Assembly (NCBI GenBank): GCA_029978325.1
Contig: JAPOJR010000002.1
Location: forward strand, 2,717-66,716
Direction of reading: 5' to 3'
Source of the DNA: Alphaproteobacteria bacterium
GTDB lineage: Bacteria; Pseudomonadota; Alphaproteobacteria; Bin95
Length of the DNA: 64,000 nt
Shown here: positions 1 to 9,205 of the stretch, in pieces
How positions within the stretch are numbered: position 1 is the stretch's first letter
Layout: each line of letters opens with the position of its first letter
Made by a program: the position numbers and the translations under genes
The notes under the pieces: generated by a model
The model's input: only the letters and a program-made list of their open reading frames with translations
What the model was told of the DNA's origin: nothing
The model's database searches: none

Positions 1-1013
1 GCGTCGACCGACAGCTTGCCCTTGACCGAAGGCACCGCGCCGCCCAGAGCCGCGCTTAGGTCGCCGGTCGTGGTGATCTTGTCGAGCGACAGGCTCATGC
101 CATTGAACGACACGGCAGCCGGGCTGGCCGCCAGCTGGCCGCTAATCTTGAGGGCGTTCAGCACGTCGTCGCCCTTGACCGCGACCGGGCTGCCGGCCCA
201 GGCTGCAAGGCCACGCACCGACGGCACATCCAGGTCCAGCTTGCCGCCGACCGTGTGTTTTCCGGCATCCACAGCGCCGGCATAGGCGAGTTTGAGCGGC
301 TTGCCATCGAGCGAAAGCGAGACGTCCGTCGACCCGCCTTCCATCAGTGCGCGCAGGCTCTTCGCGCCGATTTTCAGGTCCAGCGCCTCTTTGTGCCACG
401 TAGCGCCGCCCGTTGCAGAGAACGGTTGATCCAGGCTCGGCAGGTCGATTTTCAGGTTCATCGCCTCGACCGTCTCGGTCGTGCCCGCCTTCGCGTCCTT
501 GTAGGTGAGCCGGCCGTTGACGATGCGGACGTCGCCCAGGCTCACGCCTTGCAGGCCGCTGCTGCCGGACCCACCGGAACCGCTGGAACCGGAACCGGAG
601 CCGCCAGCGCCACCGCTGCCACCGCCGCCAAACGCCCAGTTGGCTTTGCCGTTCTTATCGACCTCCAAAAGGATGTCCGGCTCATCCAGAACGAATTCCT
701 TCACCTCCACCTTGCTGGACAGCAACGGCAGCAGCGCCACGTGCACCCGCAGTTCTTTCAACGTCACCATGTCGGGGCGCGAGCCGCCGGCGGCGTTCTG
801 GAAACGCACCTTTCCGGCATTCAGGGTCGCTTCGGGCAACAGCGAGAAGGCGAAATCGCCGTCAATCGCCAATTCCCGCCCAGTCGCAGCCTTCACCTGG
901 GCCTGAAGTTCCTGCTTGATCGTATCCGTCGGTATCAGGAACGGCACAATCACCGCGGCGGCAACCAGCACCACCACCAGGATAACCAAACCCACGAGAA
1001 TTTTCTTGATCAT
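1..1013 (-). CDS. AsmA-family protein, N-terminal part (gene continues past the left edge)
   Basis: Reverse translation from the ATG at 1013-1011 stays open to position 1: MIKKILVGLVILVVVLVAAAVIVPFLIPTDTIKQELQAQVKAATGRELAIDGDFAFSLLPEATLNAGKVRFQNAAGG.... It has an N-terminal membrane anchor and a Gly/Ser linker typical of AsmA-like proteins. It is missing from the ORF track because no stop codon lies inside the window. Confidence 0.6.
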   Translation of the reverse strand, partial: MIKKILVGLVILVVVLVAAAVIVPFLIPTDTIKQELQAQVKAATGRELAIDGDFAFSLLPEATLNAGKVRFQNAAGGSRPDMVTLKELRVHVALLPLLSSKVEVKEFVLDEPDILLEVDKNGKANWAFGGGGSGGAGGSGSGSSGSGGSGSSGLQGVSLGDVRIVNGRLTYKDAKAGTTETVEAMNLKIDLPSLDQPFSATGGATWHKEALDLKIGAKSLRALMEGGSTDVSLSLDGKPLKLAYAGAVDAGKHTVGGKLDLDVPSVRGLAAWAGSPVAVKGDDVLNALKISGQLAASPAAVSFNGMSLSLDKITTTGDLSAALGGAVPSVKGKLSVD

Positions 1014-1057
1014 GACGACTACCTTGCGAAATAGGCCAAACGCTCCAACGGCATCAA

Positions 1058-1086
1058 TTGACCATAACAATGTGTCAGCATTATCA
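1058..1086 (+). promoter_or_regulatory. Candidate sigma70-like promoter for the sox operon (TTGACC-N17-TTATCA)
   Basis: TTGACC at 1058-1063 and TTATCA at 1081-1086 lie in the 154-nt divergent intergenic region between asmA and soxB. This is a motif match only. Confidence 0.2.
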
Positions 1087-1167
1087 CCACTGTATGTTGC
1101 TCAACCCTGGCAATTGGCCAACAGCCTGCCTAAGATCGCGCGGCCCACGCAACCCGACCGAGAGCGC

Positions 1168-2433
1168 ATGTCCCGCCGCTATTCCATTTGGGCGCTCGCC
1201 CGCAACGCACTAAGCCATCACGAGAACTGGCCCAAGGCCTGGCGCAGTCCAGAGCCGAAGCCCGCCTATGACGCTTTGATCATTGGCGGCGGCGGCCATG
1301 GTCTGGCGGCGGCCTACTATCTGGCCAAGCTCCACGGGATGACCAACATCGCTGTGCTGGAACGCGGCTGGATCGGTGGCGGCAACACGGGGCGCAACAC
1401 CACGATCGTCCGCTCCAACTATCTGCTGGACGAGAACGCCCATTTCTATGAGCATTCGCTAAAGCTGTGGGAGGGGCTGTCCGAGGACCTGAACTACAAC
1501 GTCATGTTCAGCCAGCGGAAGGTGATCAACACCTGCCACACTCTGGGCGAGCGCGAAGCGACCGTGCGGCGCTATAATTCCATGCGCCTGCGCGGTATCG
1601 ATGCGGAGTTCCTGACCAGGGAAGACCTGGCGCGGCTCGAACCGGCGATGAACCTGTCACAAGACGTACGATATCCGATTGTCTGCGCGTTAGCCCAGCC
1701 GCGCGGCGGCACAGCCCGGCACGATGCCGTGGCATGGGGCTTTGCCCGCGGGGCGGATAGCCTGGGCGTCGATATCATCCAGAATTGCGAGGTCACCGGC
1801 ATCGACCGCGACCCGGTCTCCGGTGCCGTCATCGGCGTGCAGACGACGCGGGGCGCGATCAAGGCTCCGAAGATCGGAATTGCCGTCGCCGGCCATTCCT
1901 CCCAGGTCGCCGCCATGGCGGGCGTCCGCCTGCCGATTGAAAGCCATCTGTTGCAGGCGTTTGTCAGCGAGCCGGTGAAGCCTTTCCTCAACACGGTGGT
2001 CTCGACCGGTGCAGCCCATTTCTACATCTCGCAGACAGACAAGGGCGAAGTGCTGCTGGGCGGCGAGTTGGACGGCTACAATTCCTACAGCCAACGCGGA
2101 TCGTTGCCCTCCATCGAACACGTCATCGCCAGCGCCACCGAAATGTTCCCCCGCATTGGCCGGTTGCGGTTCATGCGGCAATGGGCGGGCGTGATGGATA
2201 TGACCATGGACGGCTCGCCCATCATCGGCAAGCTGCCGGTGCCAGGCCTCTACATGAGCGGTGGCTGGTGCTATGGCGGCTTCAAGGCAACGCCGGGCTC
2301 CGGTTGGTGCCTGGCGTGGACCATCGCTAAGGACGAGCCGCACCCGCTGAATGCCGGCCATACGCTGGAACGGTTCCGAACCAGCCATATGATCGACGAG
2401 AAGGGCGCCGGTCCCTTCCCCAAGGCGCATTGA
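1168..2433 (+). CDS. soxB: Sarcosine oxidase subunit beta
   Basis: Protein MSRRYSIWALARNALSHHENWPKAWRSPEPKPAYDALIIGGGGHGLAAAYYLAK... has an FAD GxGxxG fold and the expected length of about 421 aa. It is followed by soxD, soxA and soxG. The 916 start in the ORF track overlaps asmA and was rejected. Confidence 0.9.
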   Translation: MSRRYSIWALARNALSHHENWPKAWRSPEPKPAYDALIIGGGGHGLAAAYYLAKLHGMTNIAVLERGWIGGGNTGRNTTIVRSNYLLDENAHFYEHSLKLWEGLSEDLNYNVMFSQRKVINTCHTLGEREATVRRYNSMRLRGIDAEFLTREDLARLEPAMNLSQDVRYPIVCALAQPRGGTARHDAVAWGFARGADSLGVDIIQNCEVTGIDRDPVSGAVIGVQTTRGAIKAPKIGIAVAGHSSQVAAMAGVRLPIESHLLQAFVSEPVKPFLNTVVSTGAAHFYISQTDKGEVLLGGELDGYNSYSQRGSLPSIEHVIASATEMFPRIGRLRFMRQWAGVMDMTMDGSPIIGKLPVPGLYMSGGWCYGGFKATPGSGWCLAWTIAKDEPHPLNAGHTLERFRTSHMIDEKGAGPFPKAH

Positions 2434-2448
2434 GGGGTAGGAATAACG

Positions 2449-2718
2449 ATGTTGCTGATCCCCTGCCCCTGGTGCGGCCCCCGCGACGAGACCGAGTTCG
2501 TCTATGGCGAGGCCGCGGTTAACCGCCCGTCCGATCCCAATTCCCTGTCTAACCAGGAATGGACCGAGCACCTGTATTTCCGCGAAAATCCAAAGGGCGA
2601 GCACACGGAACGCTGGTTTCATCGCGCCGGCTGCCATCGCTGGTTTTCGGTCCGCCGCAACACCGTTACCCATGTGATCAGCGCCGCGTGGCCGCCTGGC
2701 CAGGAGCCCAAACCATGA
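2449..2718 (+). CDS. soxD: Sarcosine oxidase subunit delta
   Basis: An 89-aa protein starting MLLIPCPWCGPRDETEF, with the zinc-ribbon-like CPxCG motif, sits between soxB and soxA. Confidence 0.9.
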   Translation: MLLIPCPWCGPRDETEFVYGEAAVNRPSDPNSLSNQEWTEHLYFRENPKGEHTERWFHRAGCHRWFSVRRNTVTHVISAAWPPGQEPKP

Positions 2719-5700
2719 CCGGGCAGGACGCGGGCACAACCAACCGTCAGGTCTGGCGGACAGAGAGCGCCGGCCATGGCATCGACCGTAGCCAGCCGAT
2801 CAGCTTTGGCTTCAACCAGTTCCGGCTGGAAGGCTACCAGGGCGACACCGTCGCCTCTGCCTTGTTGGCGAATGGCGTGCGGCTGGTCGGGCGCTCGTTC
2901 AAATATCATAGGCCGCGCGGCATCTTCGGCATTGGCTCCGAGGAGCCGAACGCACTGTTGCAAATCGGGTCTGGCGCGCGCCGCGAGCCGAACACGCGCG
3001 CGACGGTGCAGGAATTGCACCAGGACCTGGTCGCGGGCAGCCAGAACCACTGGCCGTCCCTGAAATTCGACCTGGGCGCCATGGTCGGCCTGGCCGGCGC
3101 ACTGTTCCCGGCTGGCTTCTACTACAAGACCTTCATCGCCAATCCGAAGCGCTGGTTGTGGTACGAGAAGCATATCCGGCGCATGGCCGGCCTGGGCGAA
3201 CCGCCCGCCGACACGGACCCGGACGACTATGCCCATGCCAACGCCCATTGCGACCTGCTTATTGCCGGGGGTGGGCCGGCGGGCCTCGCCGCAGCGCTGG
3301 CAGCGGGCGCAGCCGGGGCCAGGGTGATCCTTGCTGATGAGAATCCGGCCCTGGGCGGGCAGTTGCTGCTGGCGCCGCAACGGGTCGGCGGCATAGCCGG
3401 GCATGCGTGGGTGGAGCAGGCGCGGGAGCAACTCGCGGCCCTGCCGAATGTCCGCCTGATGACACGGACCACCGTTGCCGGCGTCTACGATCACGGCCTG
3501 TTCACAATGGTCGAGCGCTGCGCCGATCACCAATCCGAACCGGACCCGCACCAGCCAAGGCAACGCTTCTGGCGGGTGCGGGCGCGGAAGGCGGTGTTCG
3601 CAACCGGCGCTATCGAACGCCCCATCGCCTTTGCCAACAACGACCGCCCCGGCGTGATGCTGCTATCGGCCGTTCGTGGCTATCTGGAGCGCTTTGGCGT
3701 GCTGGCGGGCAGGACCGCCGTGCTGTTCGCCAACAATGACAGCGTCTATGCCGCCTCCCGCGAATTGGTCGCCGCCGGTCTTCGGATCGAAGCCATCGTC
3801 GATACCCGGCCGGGCCTCAGCGAAGCCGCAGCAGCGGCCAAAGCCGACGGCCTGTACGTCCTTTCCGGGCATGGCGTCACCGCCGCCCGCGGTCTACGGG
3901 AGGTGCATGGCGCCGATGTCGCGCCGATTGACGCCGATGGCCGGACCCGCGGTGCCGCGAAAACACTGCCCTGTGACCTGATCGCCGTCTCCGGCGGCTG
4001 GAACCCGGCTGTCCACCTGCACGCCCAATCGCGTGGACGCATGGCATTCCGTGAGGATCTGGCGGCATTCGTGCCGGATGCCAACGGCGCACCCTACGCC
4101 AGTGCCGGCGCAGCGAACGGCGCCTACGATCTGGCAGCTTGCCTTGCAGAGGGCTTTGCCGTGGGTGCCGCAGCCGCGAACGCGCTGGGCCTTGATGCTC
4201 CGCCTCCCGCGATTCCCGCCGCCGTTGGCGACCCAGTAGGGGCAGCGCCGGCGCTCTGGTCGGTCCAGGCGCCAAAAGGCGCGCGCTGCTTCGTCGATTT
4301 CCAGAACGACGTCACCACCAAGGACATCGGCCTCGCCCACCGCGAGAACTATGTCAGCGTAGAACACCTGAAGCGCTACACCACCCTGGGCATGGGCACG
4401 GACCAGGGCAAGACCTCGAACGTCGCTGGCCTCGCCTTGATGGCGGCAAAGCGCGGTGAGGCAATCCCGGCGGTCGGCACCACCACCTTCCGTCCGCCCT
4501 ATACCCCCTTCACCTTCAACGCCATGGTCGGCGGCCAGACCGGCGAGATCGGCCACCCCATCCGGCGCACTGCCGCGCACGACTGGCATGTCGCCAACGG
4601 CGGCGTCTTAACCGATGCCGCTGGCTGGTCGCGCCCGATGTACTACGCAACTGAGGGCCTGACGCCGCAACAGCGGATCGACGAGGAAGTGCTGGCGGTT
4701 CGCAACGCGGTTGGCGTCGTCGATGTCTCGACCCTGGGTAAGTTGGATATCCAGGGGCCCGACGCGGCGAAGTTTCTGGATCGGGTTTACACCAATCGCT
4801 TTTCCAACCTGAAGGTCGGCCGTGGCCGCTATGGCGTGATGCTGCGCGAAGACGGGCGCGTCTATGACGATGGCGTTACCATGCGTCTGGCCGACGATCA
4901 TTTTCACATGACCACGACGACCAACCATAGCAGCAGCGTGTTCCAGCACCTGGAATACCTGCTGCAGGTGGTCTGGCCGGACCTCAGGGTGTTTGTGACC
5001 CCTGTGACCGAGCAATGGTTCGCCGCCGCTATCTCTGGCCCCAACGCCCGCGCACTGCTGGCCGATCTGGCGCCGGAAGTCGACGTCTCTAACGCGGCCC
5101 TGCCGATGATGGGCATGGCCGAAGGGAGGGTTGCCGGCGTCCCCGCCCGCATCTTCCGCCTCTCGTTCTCGGGCGAAATCGCCTACGAGATCAATGTCGA
5201 CGCCGATTATGGCCTGGCGCTCTGGAACGGCATTCTGACCGCCGGCGGCCCGCATGGCCTTAAGGCCTACGGCACCGAGGCCATGGGCACGCTGAGAATT
5301 GAGAAAGGCCACTTTACCCATGCCGAGGCCGATGGCCGCATCACCATGGACGATCTGGGGCTTACCGGCATGGTAAGTGCTGCAAAGGAATTTATCGGCA
5401 GGCGCTCGCTGGGCCTGCCCGACCTGGTGGCGCCGGGCCGGAAGCAGCTGGTCGGCTTCATCGCGGCGGAGGGCGAACGCATCCCGGTCGGAGCCCAGAT
5501 AGCAGCGCTTGACGACCTGGATGCCGTGCAGGACGCCCTGGGCCACACCACCTCGCAGGCCTATAGCGCCACACTGGGCCGCCACATCGCCCTGGGCCTG
5601 ATGAAGAACGGCCGCGCCATGCACGGACGCAAGGTCTTCGCTCTTTCACCGGTGTTGGGCCAACGGGCGGCGGTAGAGGTGGTTCCGCCTTGCTTCTTTG

Positions 5701-5729
5701 ACCCAGAGGGAGGCCGTCAACGTGGATGA
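2715..5729 (+). CDS. soxA: Sarcosine oxidase subunit alpha
   Basis: The start forms an ATGA overlap with the soxD stop. Protein MTGQDAGTTNRQVWRTESAGHG...FRLEGYQGDTVASALLANGVRLVGRSFKYHRPRGI is about 1004 aa and has a C-terminal GcvT-like folate-binding region. Confidence 0.9.
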   Translation: MTGQDAGTTNRQVWRTESAGHGIDRSQPISFGFNQFRLEGYQGDTVASALLANGVRLVGRSFKYHRPRGIFGIGSEEPNALLQIGSGARREPNTRATVQELHQDLVAGSQNHWPSLKFDLGAMVGLAGALFPAGFYYKTFIANPKRWLWYEKHIRRMAGLGEPPADTDPDDYAHANAHCDLLIAGGGPAGLAAALAAGAAGARVILADENPALGGQLLLAPQRVGGIAGHAWVEQAREQLAALPNVRLMTRTTVAGVYDHGLFTMVERCADHQSEPDPHQPRQRFWRVRARKAVFATGAIERPIAFANNDRPGVMLLSAVRGYLERFGVLAGRTAVLFANNDSVYAASRELVAAGLRIEAIVDTRPGLSEAAAAAKADGLYVLSGHGVTAARGLREVHGADVAPIDADGRTRGAAKTLPCDLIAVSGGWNPAVHLHAQSRGRMAFREDLAAFVPDANGAPYASAGAANGAYDLAACLAEGFAVGAAAANALGLDAPPPAIPAAVGDPVGAAPALWSVQAPKGARCFVDFQNDVTTKDIGLAHRENYVSVEHLKRYTTLGMGTDQGKTSNVAGLALMAAKRGEAIPAVGTTTFRPPYTPFTFNAMVGGQTGEIGHPIRRTAAHDWHVANGGVLTDAAGWSRPMYYATEGLTPQQRIDEEVLAVRNAVGVVDVSTLGKLDIQGPDAAKFLDRVYTNRFSNLKVGRGRYGVMLREDGRVYDDGVTMRLADDHFHMTTTTNHSSSVFQHLEYLLQVVWPDLRVFVTPVTEQWFAAAISGPNARALLADLAPEVDVSNAALPMMGMAEGRVAGVPARIFRLSFSGEIAYEINVDADYGLALWNGILTAGGPHGLKAYGTEAMGTLRIEKGHFTHAEADGRITMDDLGLTGMVSAAKEFIGRRSLGLPDLVAPGRKQLVGFIAAEGERIPVGAQIAALDDLDAVQDALGHTTSQAYSATLGRHIALGLMKNGRAMHGRKVFALSPVLGQRAAVEVVPPCFFDPEGGRQRG

Positions 5730-6351
5730 TGCAACCACCGCACGGCCACGCAGCCCGCTGGCCGAGCTATTTCTTGCGGCTCAATCCGCACCGCCGGACG
5801 ACTCAGCAACCGTTTATGTTCAGTCAGTGCCGTTTGTCGGCCAGGTTTCGCTGCGCGGCCGCCCCGATGATGCGGCCTTCCTGGCCGCGGCCCAGGATGC
5901 ACTGGGGCTGGCATTGCCGTTGACGGCGGGCGGCATGGCAGAGGGCGAGGCGCATCGCGCACTATGGCTTGGCCCCGATCATTGGCTGATCGTCACCGGC
6001 GAAGGCCAGGGGCCGGCCTTGGCCGGCGCACTGAAAGATCGGCTGCGGGGCCTATTCGCGGCCGTCATCGACGTATCCGGCGCGCGCATGCGCCTGCGCC
6101 TTGGCGGCCCCGCCTCGCGCCAGGTATTGGCCAGCGGGTGCACGCTGGACCTGGAGCCGCCAGCCTTCCCCGCCGGCCATGCCTTGCAAACCCCGGTCGG
6201 CAATGCCACCGTCATCCTGCACTGCCTGGATGCAGGGCAGGGCGAGGCTGAGCCTATGTACGACCTTTACCTGCCGCGCAGCCAGGCTCTATCGTTCTGG
6301 CGCTGGCTGGAACATGCCGGCAAGCCCTATGGGTTAAGCGTCCGCGCCTAA
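5698..6351 (+). CDS. soxG: Sarcosine oxidase subunit gamma
   Basis: It lies immediately after soxA. Size and position fit SoxG (..SPLAELFLAAQSAPP...VSLRGRPDD...). The start is uncertain: ATG at 5698 or GTG at 5722. Confidence 0.8.
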   Translation: MTQREAVNVDDATTARPRSPLAELFLAAQSAPPDDSATVYVQSVPFVGQVSLRGRPDDAAFLAAAQDALGLALPLTAGGMAEGEAHRALWLGPDHWLIVTGEGQGPALAGALKDRLRGLFAAVIDVSGARMRLRLGGPASRQVLASGCTLDLEPPAFPAGHALQTPVGNATVILHCLDAGQGEAEPMYDLYLPRSQALSFWRWLEHAGKPYGLSVRA

Positions 6352-6373
6352 GCGACAGAAGGAAATCCGCACC

Positions 6374-7189
6374 ATGCCCGATACCGTTTTGACGGACGCC
6401 GTCCATGCCAAGGTCCGCTATGTCAATGCTGAGTGGAAAGACCGGGACGAGATCCCGCGCATCGGATCGCGCGAGACCCGCCGGGCCAACACGGCGGTGC
6501 AGGATATCCTGGTGCACAACGCCCGCCCGGACCTGGAAGCCGGCCACAGCAGCCTGGACAAATCCGGTTTTACCTTGACCCACTATCGCCCGACGGTGCA
6601 AAACTTCCGCGACGAGGACGAGGTGGCGCGCCTCTATTATCCGGACATCGAGCGCCTGGTCGAGCGGGTCAGCGGCGCCCACCGCGCGTTTGTGCGCAGC
6701 CACCTTATCCGCACCGAAACGCCCATCGACTTCAACGACGGTTACGCCCGGTTTGTGCACTGCGACTATAACATCAAGCGCCTGAAAGAGATGTCGGAGG
6801 AGGTGCTGGCCCAGCATGGCGTCGAACCTCGCCCCAATTGGAAATATGTCTGGTTCAACACCTGGCAACCGTTCGACAACCCGGCAATCAATAACCCACT
6901 GGCCTTTATCGACTGGCAGTCGCTGCCCTATGACGACGTCATCGACTATTACTATACGGGCCGCAATTACGATGCGCTGGTGGCCGCTCCGGTCTATAGC
7001 CCGACGCACCGCTGGTGTTATTTTCCCAACATGACCACGGACGAAATCCTGGTGTTCAAACAGATGGACGGCCGCCCGAACCGCTCCAACTATTGCCCGC
7101 ACACCTCTTTCGACATCCCCGACACGCCGGAGGATGCACCGCCACGGCGCAGCTGCGAGGTCCGTCTGCTGGCTGTCTTTGAGGAATGA
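6374..7189 (+). CDS. CmcJ/NvfI (AsaB-like) family putative oxygenase
   Basis: The 271-aa protein has ...FVHCDYN...WFNTWQPF...RRSCEVRLLAVFE, which I recall as typical of the CmcJ/bll6449-like family. The assignment rests on recall only. Confidence 0.5.
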   Translation: MPDTVLTDAVHAKVRYVNAEWKDRDEIPRIGSRETRRANTAVQDILVHNARPDLEAGHSSLDKSGFTLTHYRPTVQNFRDEDEVARLYYPDIERLVERVSGAHRAFVRSHLIRTETPIDFNDGYARFVHCDYNIKRLKEMSEEVLAQHGVEPRPNWKYVWFNTWQPFDNPAINNPLAFIDWQSLPYDDVIDYYYTGRNYDALVAAPVYSPTHRWCYFPNMTTDEILVFKQMDGRPNRSNYCPHTSFDIPDTPEDAPPRRSCEVRLLAVFEE

Positions 7190-8052
7190 GCCCACGCCCC
7201 ATCCAACAAGTCGTCACCGCGCATCAGCAGAAGGAAGGCGCTGGCTTTCTTGTCCGCCGCCCGGTGCCGACCAACGGGCTGGACCAGGTTGACCCTTTCC
7301 TGATGTTGGATGAAGTCGGGCCGGTCGAGTATGCGCCCGGCAAGGCCATCGGCGCGCCGGACCACCCGCACCGCGGCTTTGAAACGGTCTCCTACATCCT
7401 GTCGGGGCAGAAACTGCACGAGGATTCAACCGGCAAATCCCAGCTGATCTCCGCCGGCGATGTGCAATGGATGACCGCCGGCGCCGGCATCGTCCACTCG
7501 GAACTACCCGGCCCTGCCTTCAAGGCCGCCGGCGGCCTCGCGCATGGATTTCAGATTTGGGTCAACCTGCCCGCCGCACAAAAATTTGCAAAGCCCGGCT
7601 ACCAATACCTGCCGGCAAGTGACATTCCGACCGCGCAGAGCCCAGATGGCCTGATTACGGTTAAAGTCGTGGCCGGCGAGGCATTTGGCGTTGCCGCAGC
7701 GATCGGCACCCACACGCCAATCTGGTTACAGGACTGGCGGGTCTCTCCCGGCGCAGAAGCGGAGATCGCTACAGATCCGGGCTTCAACGTCGCCGCCTAT
7801 GTCTTCGACGGCGCCGTCTGTTTTGGAGCCGACAAGGTCCCAGTCGCACGCGGGCAGATGGCTGTGTTCGGACGCGGCGAGACACTGATGGTCCGCGGCG
7901 GCGATGATGCCGGACGTTTCCTGCTGCTAGCCGGCGAACCCTTGAACGAGCCGGTTTCACGGTATGGACCGTTCGTCATGAATACGCATGACGAGCTCAT
8001 TGCCGCCGTCGAAGATTACCAATCGGGAAAGATGGGCACGATCCGGCGCTAA
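7186..8052 (+). CDS. Pirin family protein
   Basis: The N-terminus ...GFLVRRPVPTNGLDQVDPFLMLDEVGPVEYAPGKAIGAPDHPHRGFETVSYIL is the classical pirin cupin motif. The start overlaps the upstream stop as ATGA. Confidence 0.85.
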   Translation: MSPRPIQQVVTAHQQKEGAGFLVRRPVPTNGLDQVDPFLMLDEVGPVEYAPGKAIGAPDHPHRGFETVSYILSGQKLHEDSTGKSQLISAGDVQWMTAGAGIVHSELPGPAFKAAGGLAHGFQIWVNLPAAQKFAKPGYQYLPASDIPTAQSPDGLITVKVVAGEAFGVAAAIGTHTPIWLQDWRVSPGAEAEIATDPGFNVAAYVFDGAVCFGADKVPVARGQMAVFGRGETLMVRGGDDAGRFLLLAGEPLNEPVSRYGPFVMNTHDELIAAVEDYQSGKMGTIRR

Positions 8053-8085
8053 CGCCGGACCGCTCCCCCTGGCTTCGGCCCGCCG

Positions 8086-9030
8086 CTAGACCTGCTTTGG
8101 CACTGGCGTCAGCACAGGCTTGCCGCTGAAATGCGCCTTCAGGTTGTCATAGACCAAATCACCCATGGCGCGCCGGGTCTCATGGGTCGAACTGGCGATA
8201 TGCGGCGTCAGCACGACGTTTTCCATGGTCAGCAGCTCGGCCGGCACCTCCGGCTCGCCGTCGAACACGTCCAGTCCAGCGCCGGCGATCCGGCCCTCGA
8301 CCAACGCCTTCACCAGCGCCGGCTGGTCGATGATGGGACCGCGGGCGGTGTTGATCAGAAAGCCGTTCGGCCCCAGTGCGTCCAGCACCTCGGCATTGAC
8401 GATGCCCCGGTTGGCCTCGCCGCCCTCGCAGGTTACCAGCAGGATATCGCTGACTTCCGCCAACTCCACCAATGTCGGGTAGGACCGATAGGGCAGGTCG
8501 CCCAGCGGCTTGATATCGTGATACTGGATCTGCAGCCCAAATGCCTCGGCCCGGCGGGCAACGGCCTTACCGATCCGGCCAAGGCCCAGAATGCCCAGGC
8601 GTTTGCCTTTGATCGTGGTGCCCAGGTCCATCCGGCCCTTCAGCCATTTGCCGGACCGAAGGAACCGCTCGGACTCGCCAATGCGGCGGCTGGTCATCAG
8701 GATAAAGGTCATGGCCAGGTCGGCCACATCCCCCGTCAGCACTTCCGGCGTATGGGTAACGATCACGCCGCGCGCGTGCGCCGCCACGACGTCTGTCGCG
8801 TCATAGCCAACGCTGAACGACGCGATGATTTCCAGATTTTCCAGCCGGTTGATCAGGTTGGCGTTCGGGCCTTTCATACCCCCGGCCAGAATGCCCCTGA
8901 TACGCGAGCCGACCTCGTCCAGCAGCTTGTCGGCGTCCTTCGGATCGACGAAATCATGCACGCGATACTCGGCCTGCAGACGCTCCAGCAGGAAAGGTGG
9001 CAGGGGCGAAACTTGCAGCAGGTCGATCAT
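8086..9030 (-). CDS. D-isomer-specific 2-hydroxyacid dehydrogenase (glyoxylate/hydroxypyruvate reductase-like)
   Basis: It has the NAD-binding motif GILGLGRIGKAVARRAEAFG and the C-terminal ...NVVLTPHIASSTHETRRAM catalytic His region. Confidence 0.85.
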   Translation of the reverse strand: MIDLLQVSPLPPFLLERLQAEYRVHDFVDPKDADKLLDEVGSRIRGILAGGMKGPNANLINRLENLEIIASFSVGYDATDVVAAHARGVIVTHTPEVLTGDVADLAMTFILMTSRRIGESERFLRSGKWLKGRMDLGTTIKGKRLGILGLGRIGKAVARRAEAFGLQIQYHDIKPLGDLPYRSYPTLVELAEVSDILLVTCEGGEANRGIVNAEVLDALGPNGFLINTARGPIIDQPALVKALVEGRIAGAGLDVFDGEPEVPAELLTMENVVLTPHIASSTHETRRAMGDLVYDNLKAHFSGKPVLTPVPKQV

Positions 9031-9205
9031 GGCGGGGTCCTCAAAGGAGATACGGTTGCGCGATCCTAGAGGACCGGACGCCCGGACGACAAGCGCGATC
9101 CCGCATGAAGGACACCTACTCGCTATCGCGACTATCCGGTGCTAGTTTGGCCGCGTAGCCTCGGCAGAGGCCCCCGTTTCTCTCACCTGATAGGACCCTA
9201 AGGGT

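Noticed and set aside
916-1167. N-terminal extensions of ORF-track entries: soxB from 916, soxA from 2559, the hydrolase from 14104, the SrfA-position gene from 27684, srfC from 32293, vWA from 36037, the permease from 38792, ACAD from 49802, and parB, PhyH, NIPSNAP and CoA-transferase leaders.
   Set aside because: The extensions overlap neighbouring genes, have non-protein-like composition and lack Shine-Dalgarno sequences. Internal starts restore family-typical N-termini, often with ATGA or TAATG coupling or a good Shine-Dalgarno sequence.
1690-2739. Long antisense or out-of-frame ORFs throughout the window. Examples: 1690-2739(-), 2619-3563(-), 4608-5624(-), 8131-9069(+), 9116-9982(-), 14755-15510(-), 16792-17844(+), 18614-19753(-), 20585-21514(-), 21814-22683(-), 22702-23559(-), 26630-27931(-), 29118-30944(-), 30999-32432(-), 33241-34272(-), 33438-34595(+), 36113-36928(-), 38156-39145(-), 40685-41629(-), 44250-45497(+), 45935-46759(+), 48259-49035(-), 54810-55664(+), 55093-56049(+), 57731-59071(+) and 59775-60500(+).
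   Set aside because: Each lies opposite to, or out of frame with, a gene that has clear family motifs. Their translations are Arg/Ala/Gly/Pro-rich and low in complexity, which is typical of shadow ORFs in high-GC DNA.
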